Positions 59,868 through 64,000 of a DNA stretch of 64,000 nt are shown in pieces. Position 1 is the first letter of the stretch, and each line of letters opens with the position of its first letter. The stretch spans positions 1,344,001-1,408,000 of the forward strand of contig CM000154.2 in the NCBI GenBank assembly GCA_000004695.1, written 5' to 3'. The notes beneath the pieces were generated by a model. That model did not search any database, was not told the origin of the DNA, and was given only the letters and a program-made list of their open reading frames with translations. Position numbers and translations under genes: made by a program. Source of the DNA: Dictyostelium discoideum (taxonomy: Eukaryota).

Positions 59868-61272
59868 ATGGATTGGGGTATTGTATTATAATATATATAT
59901 ATATATATATAAAAAGAAATTTAATCTTTTTTAAAAATGAAATAAACTAATTAAATAAAATCCAATTTAGATAATATTTTTTCATATAATACAGCAAAGA
60001 TTGTAACTATCAAAGATAGAAGATTAGGTGGACTTCATATAATATTTATGGTATTAATTATTGTTTATATTGTTATTTACTCAACAATATATAAAAAAGG
60101 TTATTTACTTACAGAAACACCAGTTGGTAGTATAAGGGCTAGTTTACTTGCTGTAATTATTATTATTATAATATAATAATGATAATAATAATAATTAATA
60201 TTTTATACTAATACAAAAACTATTATTTATTATGATTTAGCCAAATGAATTTAAAGATGATAGTAATTTTAAATATTGTGATGATAATTTAATTGAATAT
60301 AATTTTACAAAATTAGAATGTGATTATTATGATGAAGCATTTGTATCATTTCCAGTTGGTGATGATGTTTCATTTGCAGTGACCACAAGAGTGAAAACAT
60401 TGGATCAAGTTTTAAATTGTTCATCAAAGAATCCAAAATGTAAATATACAACAGTGTCAACTAGAAATGTTTATGTGTCGGATATTGAGGATTTTACAAT
60501 TTTAATTGATCATACAATGTTTGCACCATCATCATTGATTCAATATAATTCAAAGCAATTAAAAGGCTACATTTTAGATAATGATAATAACGAGATTCAA
60601 ATCAATGAAACTATAAATACAGTTGGTATACCGGGTAAACCTGATATATTAACCATTGGTAAATTATTACAATTGGCAAATATAGATTTGGATGGCGCTT
60701 CATCGGTGAATTCCACAAATTCAGTTCGATATGATGGTGTGGTTGCATTGGTTTTCATAACTTATTCAAATACGTTCTCCTATAATACCAATAATTTCAA
60801 ATATGTTTATTCCATTCAAAAAGTTGAAGATACGGAATATGGTGTACCTGAAGCTGTGATTTTGGATAATGTAAGCTCGAGAATGTATTATAATCGTCAT
60901 GGTATAAGATTAATTTTCATTCAAAATGGTGAGATTGGTTCTTTTAATTTTCAAGCATTACTCCTGACATTCGTATCAGGTTTAGGGTTACTTGCAATTA
61001 GTACAGTTTTAGTGGACCAATTGGCAATTCGTTTCTTACCTGAAAGAAAAACTTACAGTTCTCATAAATTTCAAATCACTCATGGTTTCTCTGAAAGTAG
61101 AAATAAATTAAGAATTTCTCAAAATGAAAAAGATCCATTATTATTAGTTGAAACTACTAAAAATAATGAAAATAATAATAACAATGATGATTATAACGAT
61201 GATGATAATGAAATTTTTGATGATAATAATAATGGGTATCAAAATATTCAAAATAATAATATAATTTTATAA
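59868..61272 (+). CDS. P2X purinergic receptor-type ATP-gated channel subunit. Exons 59868..59877 (10-nt first exon), 59961..60142, 60241..61272.
   Basis: Exon 1 ATGGATTGGG (M D W) with donor GTATTG. An 83-nt intron has acceptor aatttag. The phase-1 junction gives DNIFSYNTAKIVTIKDRRLGGLHIIFMVLIIVYIVIYSTIYKKGYLLTETPVGSIRASLLA (TM1). Donor GTAATT at 60143, acceptor tgatttag. The ectodomain has conserved Cys pairs (ECDYYDEAF...). GIRLIFIQNGEIGSFNFQALLLTFVSGLGLLAISTVLVDQLAIRF is the pre-TM2/TM2 P2X signature. The order DWD-IF-Y-T-KIV-I-DRRLG matches Dictyostelium P2XA-type N-termini. Confidence 0.78.
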
Positions 61273-61892
61273 ATAAATAAACAAATAAATAAATAAAAAT
61301 GTAAATAATATAATTATTCACAATCTTTAGTTTCTTAAAGTATTTTATGAATAAAGAGAACTATTAAATGGTGTATTTATATAAGGAATGAACTCATTCT
61401 TAATTGATTTTATTGTTCCACCTCAACAATATCGACAGCGGCTTCAACAATTTAATCAAGTTTAATTTCTATTGATGGAAATAGAATTGGTAGTGGTATA
61501 AGTAAAGAAAATAGTAGAGATATTAGTAATAGTTTAGGTGATAGAGACTGTATTGGTAGTAATAGTACAAATAGTGATAATTCAAATTTAAATAAAAAAT
61601 CATTATCTGTAAAAATATATGCAAATGGTTAAGAGGTCAAATTTTCCAAAATCAAATTCAATGACATTGATTTAGATTTGGTGATAGTAAAGCAGCATCA
61701 GTGATTATCTTTTAAGTTTCAAATCTACATCCACTCAAAATTATTAAAAAAATTTCATGTAATAATAAATATTTTTTTTTTATTTTTTATTTTTTATTTC
61801 TTTTTTTTTTAATATCTGATTTTTATTTTATTTTTTTTGTATTTTAAATATCTAGAAAAAACTTTAAAAAAGTTGAAAACAAATGGAACAAA

Positions 61893-64000
<2,108 letters not shown>

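Overview
This 64-kb window appears to be nuclear DNA from a dictyostelid social amoeba, Dictyostelium discoideum-like. It is roughly 75-80% A+T with long homopolymer and (AAT)n tracts. Coding islands are interrupted by short AT-rich introns with GTAAGT/GTATGT/GTAAAT donors and AG acceptors, carry poly-N/Q/KE low-complexity stretches, and begin with A-rich ATG contexts. It is eukaryotic, so there are no operons, CRISPR arrays or tRNA genes. Several gene models need splicing, so the provided ATG-to-stop ORF track, which also treats TTG/CTG as M, is only a partial guide. I support about 24 protein-coding genes. They include a SWIRM-ZZ-SANT SWI/SNF-type subunit, Atg101, a GH39 glycosidase, a PPIE-like RRM gene with an apparent frameshift, PGAP2 and RPL12. 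A divergently transcribed pair encodes the two PLP-synthase subunits Pdx2 and Pdx1. Two tandem, about 1300-aa IPT/TIG-EGF-TM (Tgr-like) surface glycoprotein paralogues have 3' ends that are about 98% identical over about 0.9 kb. Other genes are a LITAF-like zinc-ribbon protein, a large ankyrin protein with two BTB domains, ALG5, an alkaline ceramidase, a subtilase, OST5/TMEM258 (missed by the ORF track), striatin, an expansin-like GPI protein, adenylosuccinate lyase and a P2X receptor. There are also several lineage-specific hypothetical proteins, one running off the 3' edge. Non-genic observations include a 65-70 nt eukaryotic LSU rRNA fragment embedded between genes. There is a GC-richer island at 32.1-32.8 kb with a highly-expressed-type codon-usage ORF but no clean gene model. 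Two 100-N assembly gaps are present, one followed by an exact 240-bp duplicate. Microsatellites are numerous. The most interesting candidate system is the tandem Tgr-like receptor pair with mosaic gene conversion. The rest looks like ordinary housekeeping chromosome.
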